Positions 1 to 10,102 of a DNA stretch of 64,000 bases are shown piece by piece. Source of the stretch: a virus (taxonomy: Duplodnaviria; Caudoviricetes); IMG/VR virus record IMGVR_UViG_3300031466_000001, positions 128,001-192,000 of that record; one strand, written 5' to 3'. Each line of letters starts with the position of its first letter. Positions within the stretch are counted from its first letter, which is position 1. The translations under genes were made by a program, and so were the position numbers. Under the pieces are notes generated by a model. The model ran no database searches, was not told the origin of the DNA, and saw nothing but the letters and a program-made list of their open reading frames with translations.

Positions 1-690
1 GATAGATTTATCATCGATATCCTTTTCGCGGAACCCAGATACCTTGGCTACAACGAGTCGACCGGGAGTATTGAGAATCTTCCACGAGTCTCTTTCGTCG
101 ATGCTCGTGTATGGCGTGGTATATTGGTAATCACCACGGATAATTGCAATGTCCTCAACGATTTCCCGGTTCACTTCATGGAACATTTCGCTACGGGTCT
201 TATGCGCCCGCTTCTCGTTGTCATACAGCATGAAAGTCGGATTGATTTGCTTGATTTCTTTCATGTATTCGATCGTATTTTGTTGTGCAGCAACCGACTC
301 TTTCAGTGGTGGGAGAATTCCGACCGGGATGAACTTTTTATTCGGAAAATACCCACTGAGAATGTGAGTAAGTACCGGTCCAATGGCCGACCCACTTCCG
401 CCACCGGTCGATCCGGGAATGAAGATGACATTGTTCTCCTCAATGACTCGGAGCATGACATCCATACTGAGCAACTTCTTCATGTTGTCACGAAGAAATT
501 GCTTTGCGATCGTCCGATCTTTACCGGCACCTTTCTCGTCGCCGATGCAGATCACATCGATGTTCTTGATTGTTGAAATGTCGTCATTTGAGGTATTGAG
601 AGCCACTCCATCAATACCAAAATCTTTTTTTCCTTGGTCCGCAGTTTGCCCACCTGCGTTTCCAACACCGATAATTCCAACTTTTTGCAT
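1..690 (-). CDS. phuZ: Tubulin/FtsZ-family GTPase (PhuZ/TubZ-like), 3' end outside window
   Basis: Manual translation from ATG at 690: MQKVGIIGVGNAGGQ...ALNTS..D...EKGAGKDR...GSTGGGSGS (tubulin T1, T3 and signature loops). Frame open to position 1, RBS AAGGAG, early promoter at 738-747. Not in the ORF track; the + strand ORFs here are shadows. Confidence 0.9.
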   Translation of the reverse strand, partial: MQKVGIIGVGNAGGQTADQGKKDFGIDGVALNTSNDDISTIKNIDVICIGDEKGAGKDRTIAKQFLRDNMKKLLSMDVMLRVIEENNVIFIPGSTGGGSGSAIGPVLTHILSGYFPNKKFIPVGILPPLKESVAAQQNTIEYMKEIKQINPTFMLYDNEKRAHKTRSEMFHEVNREIVEDIAIIRGDYQYTTPYTSIDERDSWKILNTPGRLVVAKVSGFREKDIDDKSI

Positions 691-737
691 TCGTTGATCT
701 CTCCTTACCATAGAATATTATTATTTTAGACTTGATG

Positions 738-747
738 ATAATATATA
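738..747 (-). promoter_or_regulatory. Putative early (virion RNAP) promoter TATATATTAT upstream of phuZ
   Basis: One of 15 exact intergenic copies, each oriented toward the adjacent gene. Confidence 0.75.
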
Positions 748-790
748 TTTGTTTTGGGGTTTATATTTTTTCAGAGATCGCTAGAATTAA

Positions 791-1009
791 CTAGTTCTTT
801 TTATATAAAAACCATCTTCTAAATAAAAAACGAGCGATGTCTGCAGTAAATCCAACTGTTATGAAAATTATAAGATATGTGAAGGCCAGAAATATAATAT
901 CGACAAGATTATTGGTTCTTATTTTAAACGAATCCATCATATGATTTATAAAAAGCAGCAGACCAGTGAGTATGGAGCCTGTAAACAACCGCTCCTTTAT
1001 ATACGTCAT
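791..1009 (-). CDS. Small membrane protein, two hydrophobic segments
   Basis: ORF 791..1063; RBS GGAGTGGGAG favours ATG at 1009. Confidence 0.6.
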   Translation of the reverse strand: MTYIKERLFTGSILTGLLLFINHMMDSFKIRTNNLVDIIFLAFTYLIIFITVGFTADIARFLFRRWFLYKKN

Positions 1010-1081
1010 ATCTCCCACTCCTTTTAGAATAAAAAAATGAAGTACAGTGAGTTTATACCTCACTGTACCTCCTTAGGCGTC

Positions 1082-1252
1082 CTATTTTCGTCCAGAAAGA
1101 TTTTTAAGATTGCTTTGAGTTGATTCCATGATCAATTCATCAATATCCTCATTCTTTTTATTTACTTTTTTTCTTGTAGGATCTTCGATATTCAAATCAC
1201 CGAAGACACCTACTTCGGTAACAATTTCAAATTCCTGACCTTTGTCTGCCAT
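1082..1252 (-). CDS. Hypothetical 56-aa protein (MADKGQEFEIV...)
   Basis: Manual translation; RBS AGGAGGGG; AACA-N6-TA motif at 1279-1290; below ORF-track cutoff. Confidence 0.65.
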   Translation of the reverse strand: MADKGQEFEIVTEVGVFGDLNIEDPTRKKVNKKNEDIDELIMESTQSNLKNLSGRK

Positions 1253-1439
1253 TTTAGAGGCACCCCTCCTTTTTTTATTATTTCTATGTTCCGTGAAAAT
1301 AAATAATAGACCCGATGATTTTTGACACTAGATCAGATTATAAATTTAAAGTTACATTACTGATTTATTAGAATAGTTAACCTTCTTACTCGATTTATAT
1401 ATTATAAATTTGATACGTAATAGAGGGGAGAGATTTTCA

Positions 1440-1712
1440 TTGTATCAGAAAACATGGCGGGCTATTATCCATTATGGTCATTATGGGAATAGCAAGGTTA
1501 GATTTGCTTTTGTTGATGATGAAGAAAAAAATCTTTTGGATCGAGCAATCGTCGAAGAAATTCCGGTTAAAATCGAATATGTTGATGGATCTGAAATTAC
1601 TGTAAACAGTGGTTTCGTCCAGGAAATCGAGTTCGAGCCAATAAGTAAATCTATCAACGAAACGAGTAGTGAATGGTCTACTACTACGAAAAAAGTCTAT
1701 TTTCTTAAATAA
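1440..1712 (+). CDS. Hypothetical early protein
   Basis: ORF 1410..1712; TATATATTAT at 1396-1405, RBS GAGGGGAG, probable TTG start at 1440. Confidence 0.65.
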   Translation: MYQKTWRAIIHYGHYGNSKVRFAFVDDEEKNLLDRAIVEEIPVKIEYVDGSEITVNSGFVQEIEFEPISKSINETSSEWSTTTKKVYFLK

Positions 1713-1723
1713 GTGATAAAAAA

Positions 1724-1761
1724 TAACGGGATGACTTAGAGACGTCATCCCCTTATTTTTT
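1724..1761. terminator. Bidirectional intrinsic terminator
   Basis: gggatgac...gtcatccc hairpin with A/T tails between convergent genes. Confidence 0.7.
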
Positions 1762-2483
1762 TATTTGTTCATTGTTTTCTTAAGAACCAGACCTTGAGTT
1801 ACGAGGTCAGATTTAAGACCCATACCAATAAGATATACATCAAGAGTATTAAGTGTAACTTTATTTTCAAGTTTATTTGTCAATTCTTCCAATGATACAA
1901 ATTCTTTTTGAGCAATAGCTGCATACATTTCACTCTTCATAACCATATCGTCAGCTCTCGGCCCCATAAATTCTCTCAGGGTATTAACTGCATTGAGGGT
2001 TACAAGACCGAAGTTCTCAGCATCAGAATCGCGTGCATTTTTATCTCGTCCCACAACTTGCCCAGTGAGAGCAGAACGTGCAGAAATTTCTGTTGATGTC
2101 GTATTCTTTTTAACTACCATCTGCTGTGCCCGTTTCAGGTGAACATAACCTACAGGTACGGGATATTGAGTGACAACAGGATTTTCTTTATTCATATCGA
2201 CATGGGGCATAGCAACATGTTCGAATAATGGAACACCCAGAATTTTTGCGGCTTTTTCAACATTTTCAATCGTAAGATTTCTTTCGTAGTCAACAACGTC
2301 CAATACTAAATATTGATTTTCATCTTTGAAGAATTCCGAAAAGAATTTATCGAATTGGTCATCGCTCATAGGCTCAAACATAGCTCTATACTTAGCACTA
2401 TTTGTTTTAGTTGGATCAAGAGCATCAAAAACTCTATATATCAATTCTTCCATTTCTCTTCTTTTCTCTTTTGTAATAGCCAA
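1761..2483 (-). CDS. rpoB: Split RNA polymerase beta subunit, C-terminal fragment (probably virion RNAP)
   Basis: VGYVHLKR..Q...K...RS.LTGQ......R.SD.E...L......LREF...RADD aligns with the RpoB C-terminus; a stand-alone ~240-aa piece is typical of phiKZ-related virion RNAPs. Confidence 0.85.
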   Translation of the reverse strand: MAITKEKRREMEELIYRVFDALDPTKTNSAKYRAMFEPMSDDQFDKFFSEFFKDENQYLVLDVVDYERNLTIENVEKAAKILGVPLFEHVAMPHVDMNKENPVVTQYPVPVGYVHLKRAQQMVVKKNTTSTEISARSALTGQVVGRDKNARDSDAENFGLVTLNAVNTLREFMGPRADDMVMKSEMYAAIAQKEFVSLEELTNKLENKVTLNTLDVYLIGMGLKSDLVTQGLVLKKTMNK

Positions 2484-2587
2484 TTAAAATCACTCCGATC
2501 TTGTAATTAGTATTTTTACTATTGATAATTATATATCATAACAATGTATACTCCAAATAATTTTCAACTATCTGGATAAAGGAGAGC

Positions 2588-2818
2588 GTGTCGATGGAGT
2601 TTATGGTAGTCAATATTGTCAATGGGTTGAAAATACTTCAAGGTGTGCTAACAATTGACAAAACACCCCTGTATATTCTCATTTCGGTTGCACCGGACAC
2701 CAACGCCATTCTTAGCCTGAAAGCTCAGATCGTCAATGAGCAGACCGGTGAGTTTGAAGAAGCGTTGGTTGATGAAAAGGTTCTTAGGGAAAAAATCACT
2801 AAAGCCTTTTTGATCTAA
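2588..2818 (+). CDS. Hypothetical protein
   Basis: ORF with RBS AAGGAG; early-like motif TATATATCAT at 2530-2539. Confidence 0.6.
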   Translation: MSMEFMVVNIVNGLKILQGVLTIDKTPLYILISVAPDTNAILSLKAQIVNEQTGEFEEALVDEKVLREKITKAFLI

Positions 2819-3008
2819 GCCCTAAGCAGCCTTAAATTATTACAAAAATGGAGTATACACGTTGTAAGTCGTTTGTTCTATTTGTCAGTTGTTTGAAGAG
2901 TGTTCGTCTATTTGGTGGTTGTTTTGTCGTGTAGTACATATATAAAATTCAACTCCACACAACATTCTCGAAGGCACCGTTGCATTTAACGGCCTTTCTT
3001 TTTTTGTA

Positions 3009-4178
3009 TTAATATGTGGTTTGAATACTAAGAACGAAAAACAGGAAAAGAGCCCGCCTAAAACTGTTAATAGTTGCAAATCGCTGGGTCTTTTTATAGG
3101 TGCCAAGATTCTCAAGCCATTTATCCAATATTTTCTTTATCCTAATAATATTTTTATCGGTGGTATTAGATTTCTTATATGTCTCCATACAATACATAAG
3201 GAATTTGTTACTATTGACTTCTTGAATTGTGTTTTGTGAATCGAAAATATACAAAAAGAGAATACTTTCGACAATTGCTCGAATATCCTCTCTGTTCTCG
3301 CTGACAACCATCGTATTAACATAGTTTCTGAGCTCAGAAACGCTTACTTTACACAAATTTGCCGCAACTGTAACAAGCCTCATATTTGGTCCTTCCACCA
3401 CAAGTTTCAGAACCACGTTATTCGTTAATCTTTCCACAGCAAAAGTATTGCTATCTGCCTCATGATAGTTTTCTTCTTCTAGGTTATCACTATCTAAGTT
3501 CATATACTTTCCTAGCTCACTATTTCTATAAAATTCATTTGCGATTTTTTTCAGAAGACTGTTAAGTCTGGTCTTTTCATCCATAATGAAATCGACGATA
3601 TCTTTATCTGTACCTCTAATAAGTTTATCGGTATTTGTCCTATAGCAAACCTGCGTGGTATCAACAAGGGCATGATATACTGTGCCGGTTTGCTTAATCT
3701 TAAATTTATTCGAAAGGTTATTGATGGTGTAATTCATTATCTGCTCATTTGGCTCATGTTTAAAATACTTAAAATGCAACGAAGGATACATGGATAAAGT
3801 AAGATAGACCAACGTTGCATTGACCATTTCCTGATTCTTTTTGATTGTAAAATAACGAATGATCATAGCAATAGTTGGGTTAAATATGTTATTCATAATT
3901 TTCCATTGGCTCTTGATAGTGGGAGATCCCTGTACAATTCGTTTAATTTCCGCAGGATCTACTTCTATAGCCTCATAGAGTTTATTCATGTCCGAATCGG
4001 AAAAAATCGTTCTATAAACTGGTCCCGGTGTGGTAAGTCTATCCATGTTTCTATCTAAATAATCAGTTACCGCTCGTTTAATCTTATTTACATTGGTAGG
4101 ATTGCTCAGAGCTTTTTCAACCAATGGATAAAGCTCGTCGACGAGCACACTATTAGAGGATTTTGTCGCGGTAGCCAT
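3009..4178 (-). CDS. Conserved jumbo-phage protein, possibly virion-RNAP associated
   Basis: ~390-aa ORF, RBS GAGGAG, late motif at 4209-4220, near the RNAP beta-C gene; function inferred only from context. Confidence 0.55.
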   Translation of the reverse strand: MATATKSSNSVLVDELYPLVEKALSNPTNVNKIKRAVTDYLDRNMDRLTTPGPVYRTIFSDSDMNKLYEAIEVDPAEIKRIVQGSPTIKSQWKIMNNIFNPTIAMIIRYFTIKKNQEMVNATLVYLTLSMYPSLHFKYFKHEPNEQIMNYTINNLSNKFKIKQTGTVYHALVDTTQVCYRTNTDKLIRGTDKDIVDFIMDEKTRLNSLLKKIANEFYRNSELGKYMNLDSDNLEEENYHEADSNTFAVERLTNNVVLKLVVEGPNMRLVTVAANLCKVSVSELRNYVNTMVVSENREDIRAIVESILFLYIFDSQNTIQEVNSNKFLMYCMETYKKSNTTDKNIIRIKKILDKWLENLGTYKKTQRFATINSFRRALFLFFVLSIQTTY

Positions 4179-4294
4179 ATTTATCAACACTCTCCTCAAT
4201 CATTCTATTAAATAACTGTTTTGGATTTGATTAGATAGTCGGTTTTATGGGTTGTACATTATTCTAAAAAAATAAAAGCAGGGAGGACTCCCTT

Positions 4295-5524
4295 ATGTCT
4301 ATTCTTGGTGGTGGCTCCGCCTATTTATTTTCATATTCGTCAACCGACGATTGTATCTTACTCGAAAAGTTTGTAGGTAGGAACTTTAAAGAATTTAAGC
4401 TCGTGGAAGATGAACTTCGTAAAATTATTAAAATTATTAAAAATAATTCAAATGAATATAAAACCAGCCTAGATATATCTGAAATAAATAATTCTGATCA
4501 CAATAGAGCCATAGAAAGGGCTCTCAAGCATTTTTTCAACGTAAAAGAGGTTAAGATAACTTGGACAGAGGCAACTGTGCCCAATGCGTTTACAGTATGT
4601 AAGACCTACATGGTTTTCGATAGCAACTATAAAACCGATGAAAAAACGAATAGAAAAAGTAATGAAAATCTATTTGTTGGTGTGATTTTACATACAGGTA
4701 TTGTTACCATAGCGAATCTAAATGAAAAAGAAATTTTAGCTATTATTTTACACGAAATTGGTCATAATTTCTACAATAGTATTTTCCATGTTCTTAGTAT
4801 GACTGGGGTCAGCATTGGTAAAATGATCGCATCAGGTATCATGGATGCTATTAATTTAAATAAATTTTACATTAATTTCTCTGATTTTGTTAATAATTTT
4901 GCTTCCAAACATATTAGACCGTTGTACCTTTTAATAACAAACGCTGAGAGAATTCTATTCCAAATAACTTCAATCTTCGGAAAATCCCTTTTCTCGGCAG
5001 TTACAAATTTACCGAGAATTATAAAGAGTTTTTTAACATTGGAAATTTTATCAAGATACAATGTTGAAAAACATGCGGATAGTTTTGCGGTAGATCATGG
5101 TTATGGTAAAGAACTGGCGTCCGCACTGAATAAAATGGAACGAATGGAAAAATCCTTAGGTAATAAAATTTATAATTATGCACCTATTGCATGGTTTTAT
5201 GATCTTATCGATCTTCAATTTGAAATTATTTTCGGACTTCTTGGACCATATCCAAGCACACAAAATCGTATTCGCTCTGGCTTAGATAGATTGAAGCGGG
5301 ATATGAAAAGAACCGATCTTAGTCCGGCTCTTAGAAAAGAGCTGGAACAACAAATAAAAGAATATGAAGATTTCTATAATAACTATTACCTTAATATCGA
5401 ACAGAATCAAAATAGGAATCGTATTTTTACTTGGCTCTATAGAAAATTCGTTGAAGCAATTTTTAGAGGTAAATTGGATATTCGTGAACTTATTTATAGT
5501 TTGGATAGAACTAAATACAACTAA
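4295..5524 (+). CDS. Zinc metallopeptidase (M48-like)
   Basis: HEIGH (HExxH), EKHAD.FA...GYG..LASAL.K and YPS..NRI motifs. Confidence 0.75.
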   Translation: MSILGGGSAYLFSYSSTDDCILLEKFVGRNFKEFKLVEDELRKIIKIIKNNSNEYKTSLDISEINNSDHNRAIERALKHFFNVKEVKITWTEATVPNAFTVCKTYMVFDSNYKTDEKTNRKSNENLFVGVILHTGIVTIANLNEKEILAIILHEIGHNFYNSIFHVLSMTGVSIGKMIASGIMDAINLNKFYINFSDFVNNFASKHIRPLYLLITNAERILFQITSIFGKSLFSAVTNLPRIIKSFLTLEILSRYNVEKHADSFAVDHGYGKELASALNKMERMEKSLGNKIYNYAPIAWFYDLIDLQFEIIFGLLGPYPSTQNRIRSGLDRLKRDMKRTDLSPALRKELEQQIKEYEDFYNNYYLNIEQNQNRNRIFTWLYRKFVEAIFRGKLDIRELIYSLDRTKYN

Positions 5525-5637
5525 AAACATCATAAGGGATGCTGTAAATATGGCATCCCTTATACTTATTGATTCTGGGAACATTTTTAATAATCAAGGA
5601 TCATACAAAATGGTCTGTTAAGGGAGGAAAAAATAAA

Positions 5638-6237
5638 ATGAGCGCTATTAACTCTAAGGAATACTGGGATTATCGTTTCGAGAACGATTGGGAGAAACGA
5701 GGAGGACTCATTCAAACAAGGGCATTTATCCAACTCATGATTAATCATCTTCCCGATAGTGTAATCGACTATCTTGATAGTCGGCGGGTAACAGTACTTG
5801 ATTGGGGTTGCGGAATCGGTGTAGGAGTTAAAGAATTTGCAGAAAGATTTAAGAAGGCGTCTGTAGCGGGATTAGATTTTTCGGACGTTGCGATTGAAAA
5901 ATCGAAAGAATTGTTCCCACAGTTTGAATTTATTGCTGGCAGTTTAGATACCCACAGGAAGAGATATGACGTGATTTATAGCAGTAACTGTCTCGAACAC
6001 TTTAAAGATCCGTATCCGTGGATGAAACAAATCCTTTCCTATACTAACAAGTATGCTATTTTCCTTGTTCCATATAATGAAAAAATCAAAGAATATGATG
6101 AGCATATGTTCTCTTTCACCGAAAAATCTTTCTATCCCAAATTCTATGGGTTCAATAAGATCTTTGAAAAAGTTATTGATGAATGTCCTAACTGCTGGGC
6201 GGGTCAACAAATTCTCGTTATCTATAAAAAGCATTAA
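5638..6237 (+). CDS. Class I SAM-dependent methyltransferase
   Basis: VLDWGCGIG, GLDFS, YDVI....CLEH...P motifs; RBS GGAGG before ATG 5638. Confidence 0.85.
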   Translation: MSAINSKEYWDYRFENDWEKRGGLIQTRAFIQLMINHLPDSVIDYLDSRRVTVLDWGCGIGVGVKEFAERFKKASVAGLDFSDVAIEKSKELFPQFEFIAGSLDTHRKRYDVIYSSNCLEHFKDPYPWMKQILSYTNKYAIFLVPYNEKIKEYDEHMFSFTEKSFYPKFYGFNKIFEKVIDECPNCWAGQQILVIYKKH

Positions 6238-6286
6238 AAATATGCACATGGGTATTTTATGAACACCCATGTGCATATTTTTTTGA

Positions 6287-6697
6287 TTACTTGAAAATAC
6301 GTTTATATATGCTTTTAAACCAGGAACATGATTCCTTGGTTTCTTCTGCTGTCCCACTTTCAGCATTTCCTTTCTTAGTACGCGAGGGATAGAAGAATTT
6401 GATACCTTTGATTTTACCACCATGAAGAAGTAACCATCTACGTCTCATTTCGATAGAAATCTGCATGTTTTCTTCATAAGTGTCAGTGATAAATCCTTTT
6501 TGGCGAGCAAGCCTAAGGTATTTATAGTAGGTGGTTTTACCGATGTCCAAAGCTGCAGAAATAATTTCAGCAATCTCAACAGGATAATATCCTTTGTCTT
6601 TCCACTCCTGATAAGCATTTGCAAAATTTCTGAGCTTGTCTTCATTGTCGATAACCTTGATGTTCCTTCCTATTTTTTTAGCCGTTTCGTTTACCAA
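6287..6697 (-). CDS. Putative helix-turn-helix DNA-binding protein
   Basis: EIA....ALDIGKTTYYKYLRLARQKG HTH-like segment; late motif at 6732-6743. Confidence 0.55.
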   Translation of the reverse strand: MVNETAKKIGRNIKVIDNEDKLRNFANAYQEWKDKGYYPVEIAEIISAALDIGKTTYYKYLRLARQKGFITDTYEENMQISIEMRRRWLLLHGGKIKGIKFFYPSRTKKGNAESGTAEETKESCSWFKSIYKRIFK

Positions 6698-6819
6698 CCC
6701 ATATCACCTCCTTCCCCTCAAACGCATTTGTTATTAATCTGTTTATGTTGGTTCTTATTTCCAATAAATGAAATCAAAAAAATAAAGGTATGGGAGTAAT
6801 TATTACTCCCATACCTAAG

Positions 6820-7101
6820 TCACAATTTGAACATGTAACCTTTTTCCACATGTTCACTATCACCATAGAAGAGAATTCCTGCATCAACAAGATTATCTAA
6901 TGCCTTAGAAACTTCTTTCTTGTCCATAAGAAGCTCTCTGGCGATTTGTTTTTTGTCAACTTTCTTTGGACGAAGACTGTCCAGATGGGACATCAAAAAT
7001 AACAAGACGCGATAGTCTCTCTTTTTAAGAGTGTCGATTTTAGCCAGACCCTGTAACGATGAAAGGCTAATTGTTGCCATAACTTTATGAATTTGCAGCA
7101 T
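6820..7101 (-). CDS. Winged-helix DNA-binding protein (RepL/MarR-like)
   Basis: YRVLLFL...KKQIAREL.MDKKEVSKAL..LVDAGIL pattern. Confidence 0.65.
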   Translation of the reverse strand: MLQIHKVMATISLSSLQGLAKIDTLKKRDYRVLLFLMSHLDSLRPKKVDKKQIARELLMDKKEVSKALDNLVDAGILFYGDSEHVEKGYMFKL

Positions 7102-7164
7102 TTATTCTTACCTCCAATTATTTAAGATGGCTCTCTTGGTATCAACACAAGAGAGCCATCTTTC

Positions 7165-9567
7165 TTATTTTACTTCCTTAATGTCAATGATAACATTACC
7201 CTTTGCAACAGGAACCAATTTTCTTCCTTTGGAAAGTCGAGGGAGTTCAGGTACTTTTTCAACATCGATTTCTTCGATGCTGTTTTTCAGAAATACTTTG
7301 AACTTTTCTTTACCTTTAACCGTTCTCATGATAATGGCCTCTTCACCATCTTCGAGTGAGATGATCCTGAGGGATTTACCTGCACGTTCCATCGTAGGGA
7401 ACGTTTCGAGTGTGGATCGTTTTCCTGTACCCTTATTAGTCAGAACAAAGATGCTTGTATCTTTCTCGTTGACGATATCCATACCAATAACGAATTCGTC
7501 CTCGGTAAGATCAATCGCCTTCACACCGATGGACATCCTATTCGTCTCTTTAACGGCATCAGACGAGAATCTGATACCGAAACCTTTGTTGGTATATACG
7601 AGAATGTCCTTAGTTCCGATAAGCATCTTTACAGATTGAAGTTCGTCTCCCTCTTTAACGATCATGGCCATCAAGTCATTTTTGATGTTCATGTAACTCT
7701 TCAAGAGAGTTTTCTTGATGATACCATTCTTTGTTACCATCAGAAGATAAATTGGTGCCTTGAACGCATCAATAGACTCCATAGTAGGCTTCCTAATAAT
7801 CGATGTAATCCTACCGGTCAAATTGCAATACTTACTGATACTTTCTCCTCCAGAGCTGAGTTCGGTATTAGGAATAGCATGGAGAGAAAGCTTAGAGATC
7901 ATTCCCCGACTATCGAAGAAGAGGATGTCTGTAAGATTACTAACATCCGTCAAAATCTCTGTCGGATAATCCCCTTGATTGATATGACCAATCGTTGTCA
8001 CGTCATGAGGGAGTTTCTTAATCATGTTATCTTTAGTGACAACGACGATGTGTCTGGTGTCACGAATTTTCCTAGTCCCATCAATGGTAATGATTTTACT
8101 TTTCCGTTCACCACCAAAAAGACGAATTCCTTCTTCAAGTTCGGCTTTGATGATTTTATCAATCATTTTATTCGACTTGATGATCTTTCTATATTCTTCA
8201 ACTTTCCTGTCGATATCTTCTTTTTCGGCCATATATCTTTTGATGGAATCCTTGGTAAATGCAGAAAGTTTCATTTCCGCAATTTGCTCAGCTTGCAGGG
8301 AGCTGATTTTGAATTCATCCATCAAATATTCACGAATTTCAGCCTTCGACTCAGCACTTTTGATAACCGACAGTGCTTTCTCTGCATTTTTTCCTGTAAA
8401 GATCATCAGTAACGTATCCAAAATGTGCTGACGTTCCTTGGCTTTGATATACATATGATTGAACACACGACGTTTAAAATCCCGTCTATAATCAAGCCAA
8501 GTGAGTATTACAGATCTTACATTAAATTTCTTATCTTGATAGTCATCGATCAGTCTGAAATTAACTGGGATTGTGATCTGCATACGAACTCTGTTATTCG
8601 TATACAGAGTATCCACGATCGTATAAGGATCTACTTCTTTCTTCAGCACGATACGCATCTCAAACCCAGATGGATTTTTGGTTTCTTTCGCCGAAGATTC
8701 TTTAAAGTCAAGAATACCGCTAATCTTTCCTTCTTCTTGAAGTGTAATAATGGCTTCCTTGACTTTATTGGGGGATACTTGAAGCGGGACCGATTTGATG
8801 ATAATTATGTTATTTTCTTCGTCAACCTCAATTTCCCCGCGCATCTTAAATTGACCTACTCCAGTTTCCGACAGCTCTTTAAACTGTCCTTCATCGACAA
8901 TATGGGCATACGTCGGACTGTCTGGAATAAGTGTGACATTTTCATAATTGGGATCTTCCAGCAATTTGATTGTCAGTTCGAGAACTTCTTTGGTGTTATA
9001 TGTTGGGAGACCTGTTGCCACACCATAACCAATACCGAAGGTGTTATTGATGAGCACATTCGGATACCGACTATGGAGAAACTCCGGTTCTTCTTCGTCT
9101 CCAAGATAATTAAGCTTCGTATCACTATAACGCAAATCAAATTCTTCAAAGAAACATTTATATGCATATTGACTCATTCTAACCTCTGTATACCGGCTAG
9201 CGGCTGCAGAGTCGCCCATCGGTGTACCGAAGTTACCTTGACCGTCAATCAATACCTGATTGTTGTTCCAAGGTTGAGCCAGCCTTACAATCGTATCATA
9301 GATCGGACTATCACCGTGCGGGTGATATTGGATTGCTTCACCTACAGCAGTATTAGATTTTTTATGGTTTTCATATGGGAACAGTTTTCGCAAATACATT
9401 GCATACATGATACGGCGTTCCCCCGGTTTAAGTCCATCAACTACACCAGGGATGTAACGCATGAATTTTACGTTTGCTCCGTAGATTTGCATTACATCCA
9501 TGCAGAGATCACTGATATTTCGGACCTCTATATTTCTATCCTCAGGGATAACTTTTTGTTTCTTCAT
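7165..9567 (-). CDS. gyrA: Type IIA topoisomerase subunit A (GyrA/ParC-like)
   Basis: DGLKPGERR, YHPHGDS, DGQGNFG, AAASRYTE (catalytic Tyr), GIGYG.AT, C-terminal beta-pinwheel repeats. Confidence 0.95.
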   Translation of the reverse strand: MKKQKVIPEDRNIEVRNISDLCMDVMQIYGANVKFMRYIPGVVDGLKPGERRIMYAMYLRKLFPYENHKKSNTAVGEAIQYHPHGDSPIYDTIVRLAQPWNNNQVLIDGQGNFGTPMGDSAAASRYTEVRMSQYAYKCFFEEFDLRYSDTKLNYLGDEEEPEFLHSRYPNVLINNTFGIGYGVATGLPTYNTKEVLELTIKLLEDPNYENVTLIPDSPTYAHIVDEGQFKELSETGVGQFKMRGEIEVDEENNIIIIKSVPLQVSPNKVKEAIITLQEEGKISGILDFKESSAKETKNPSGFEMRIVLKKEVDPYTIVDTLYTNNRVRMQITIPVNFRLIDDYQDKKFNVRSVILTWLDYRRDFKRRVFNHMYIKAKERQHILDTLLMIFTGKNAEKALSVIKSAESKAEIREYLMDEFKISSLQAEQIAEMKLSAFTKDSIKRYMAEKEDIDRKVEEYRKIIKSNKMIDKIIKAELEEGIRLFGGERKSKIITIDGTRKIRDTRHIVVVTKDNMIKKLPHDVTTIGHINQGDYPTEILTDVSNLTDILFFDSRGMISKLSLHAIPNTELSSGGESISKYCNLTGRITSIIRKPTMESIDAFKAPIYLLMVTKNGIIKKTLLKSYMNIKNDLMAMIVKEGDELQSVKMLIGTKDILVYTNKGFGIRFSSDAVKETNRMSIGVKAIDLTEDEFVIGMDIVNEKDTSIFVLTNKGTGKRSTLETFPTMERAGKSLRIISLEDGEEAIIMRTVKGKEKFKVFLKNSIEEIDVEKVPELPRLSKGRKLVPVAKGNVIIDIKEVK

Positions 9568-9622
9568 GCTTAATTACTCCTTTTCCATCATTTCTCTTGT
9601 ATAAATAATATATAAATGCAAA

Positions 9623-9838
9623 TTAGGTGTGCTCCCCAATAAAAATCATATCTGTTTCTTGACATGTGGATTTTGGACAAATTGGAGCCGCCATATGTTC
9701 GCCTGGCTCAGTCGTATAAAGCTCAGAACAGCCTTGACATTCATAAATACCAACAAGATTGGGATTTGCAAGATCTACTCCAAATTCAACATTACTACGA
9801 TCAAAGGAATCGAGCTGGAATCCTTTTTCTTTTTCCAT
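9623..9838 (-). CDS. Small zinc-ribbon protein
   Basis: CQGC...CPKSTC motifs; lies between gyrB and gyrA. Confidence 0.6.
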   Translation of the reverse strand: MEKEKGFQLDSFDRSNVEFGVDLANPNLVGIYECQGCSELYTTEPGEHMAAPICPKSTCQETDMIFIGEHT

Positions 9839-9840
9839 GA

Positions 9841-10084
9841 TCAAAACCATCCTTTCCTCTTTTTAAAACGTACGAATAATTCTTCAACTTCGTACTCACA
9901 TCCACAATCAGAGCACGTGTATCTGCTTATTTTAACAAGTTTACGCTTTAAAAATCCTTTGCGCACGAAATAATCATATCCATATTGAAGGAGCCGAGCA
10001 AGCTGGACATGAAGTCTTATCCATGTCCAGCTTGTTTTCCGATTTAGGAAGTCTTCCATTTCGCAAAATTCTTACCTTTGCCAT
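9841..10084 (-). pseudogene. Frameshifted zinc-ribbon gene
   Basis: RBS GGAGAGGGG and ATG 10084 give MAKVRIL...CPAC...stop (9974); the second CxxC (CSDCGC) is in the +1 frame (ORF 9841..10059). Confidence 0.55.
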
Positions 10085-10102
10085 ATAAAGACCCCTCTCC
10101 CA

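Noticed and set aside
124-697. Three + strand ORFs at the window start
   Set aside because: Antisense shadows of the tubulin gene
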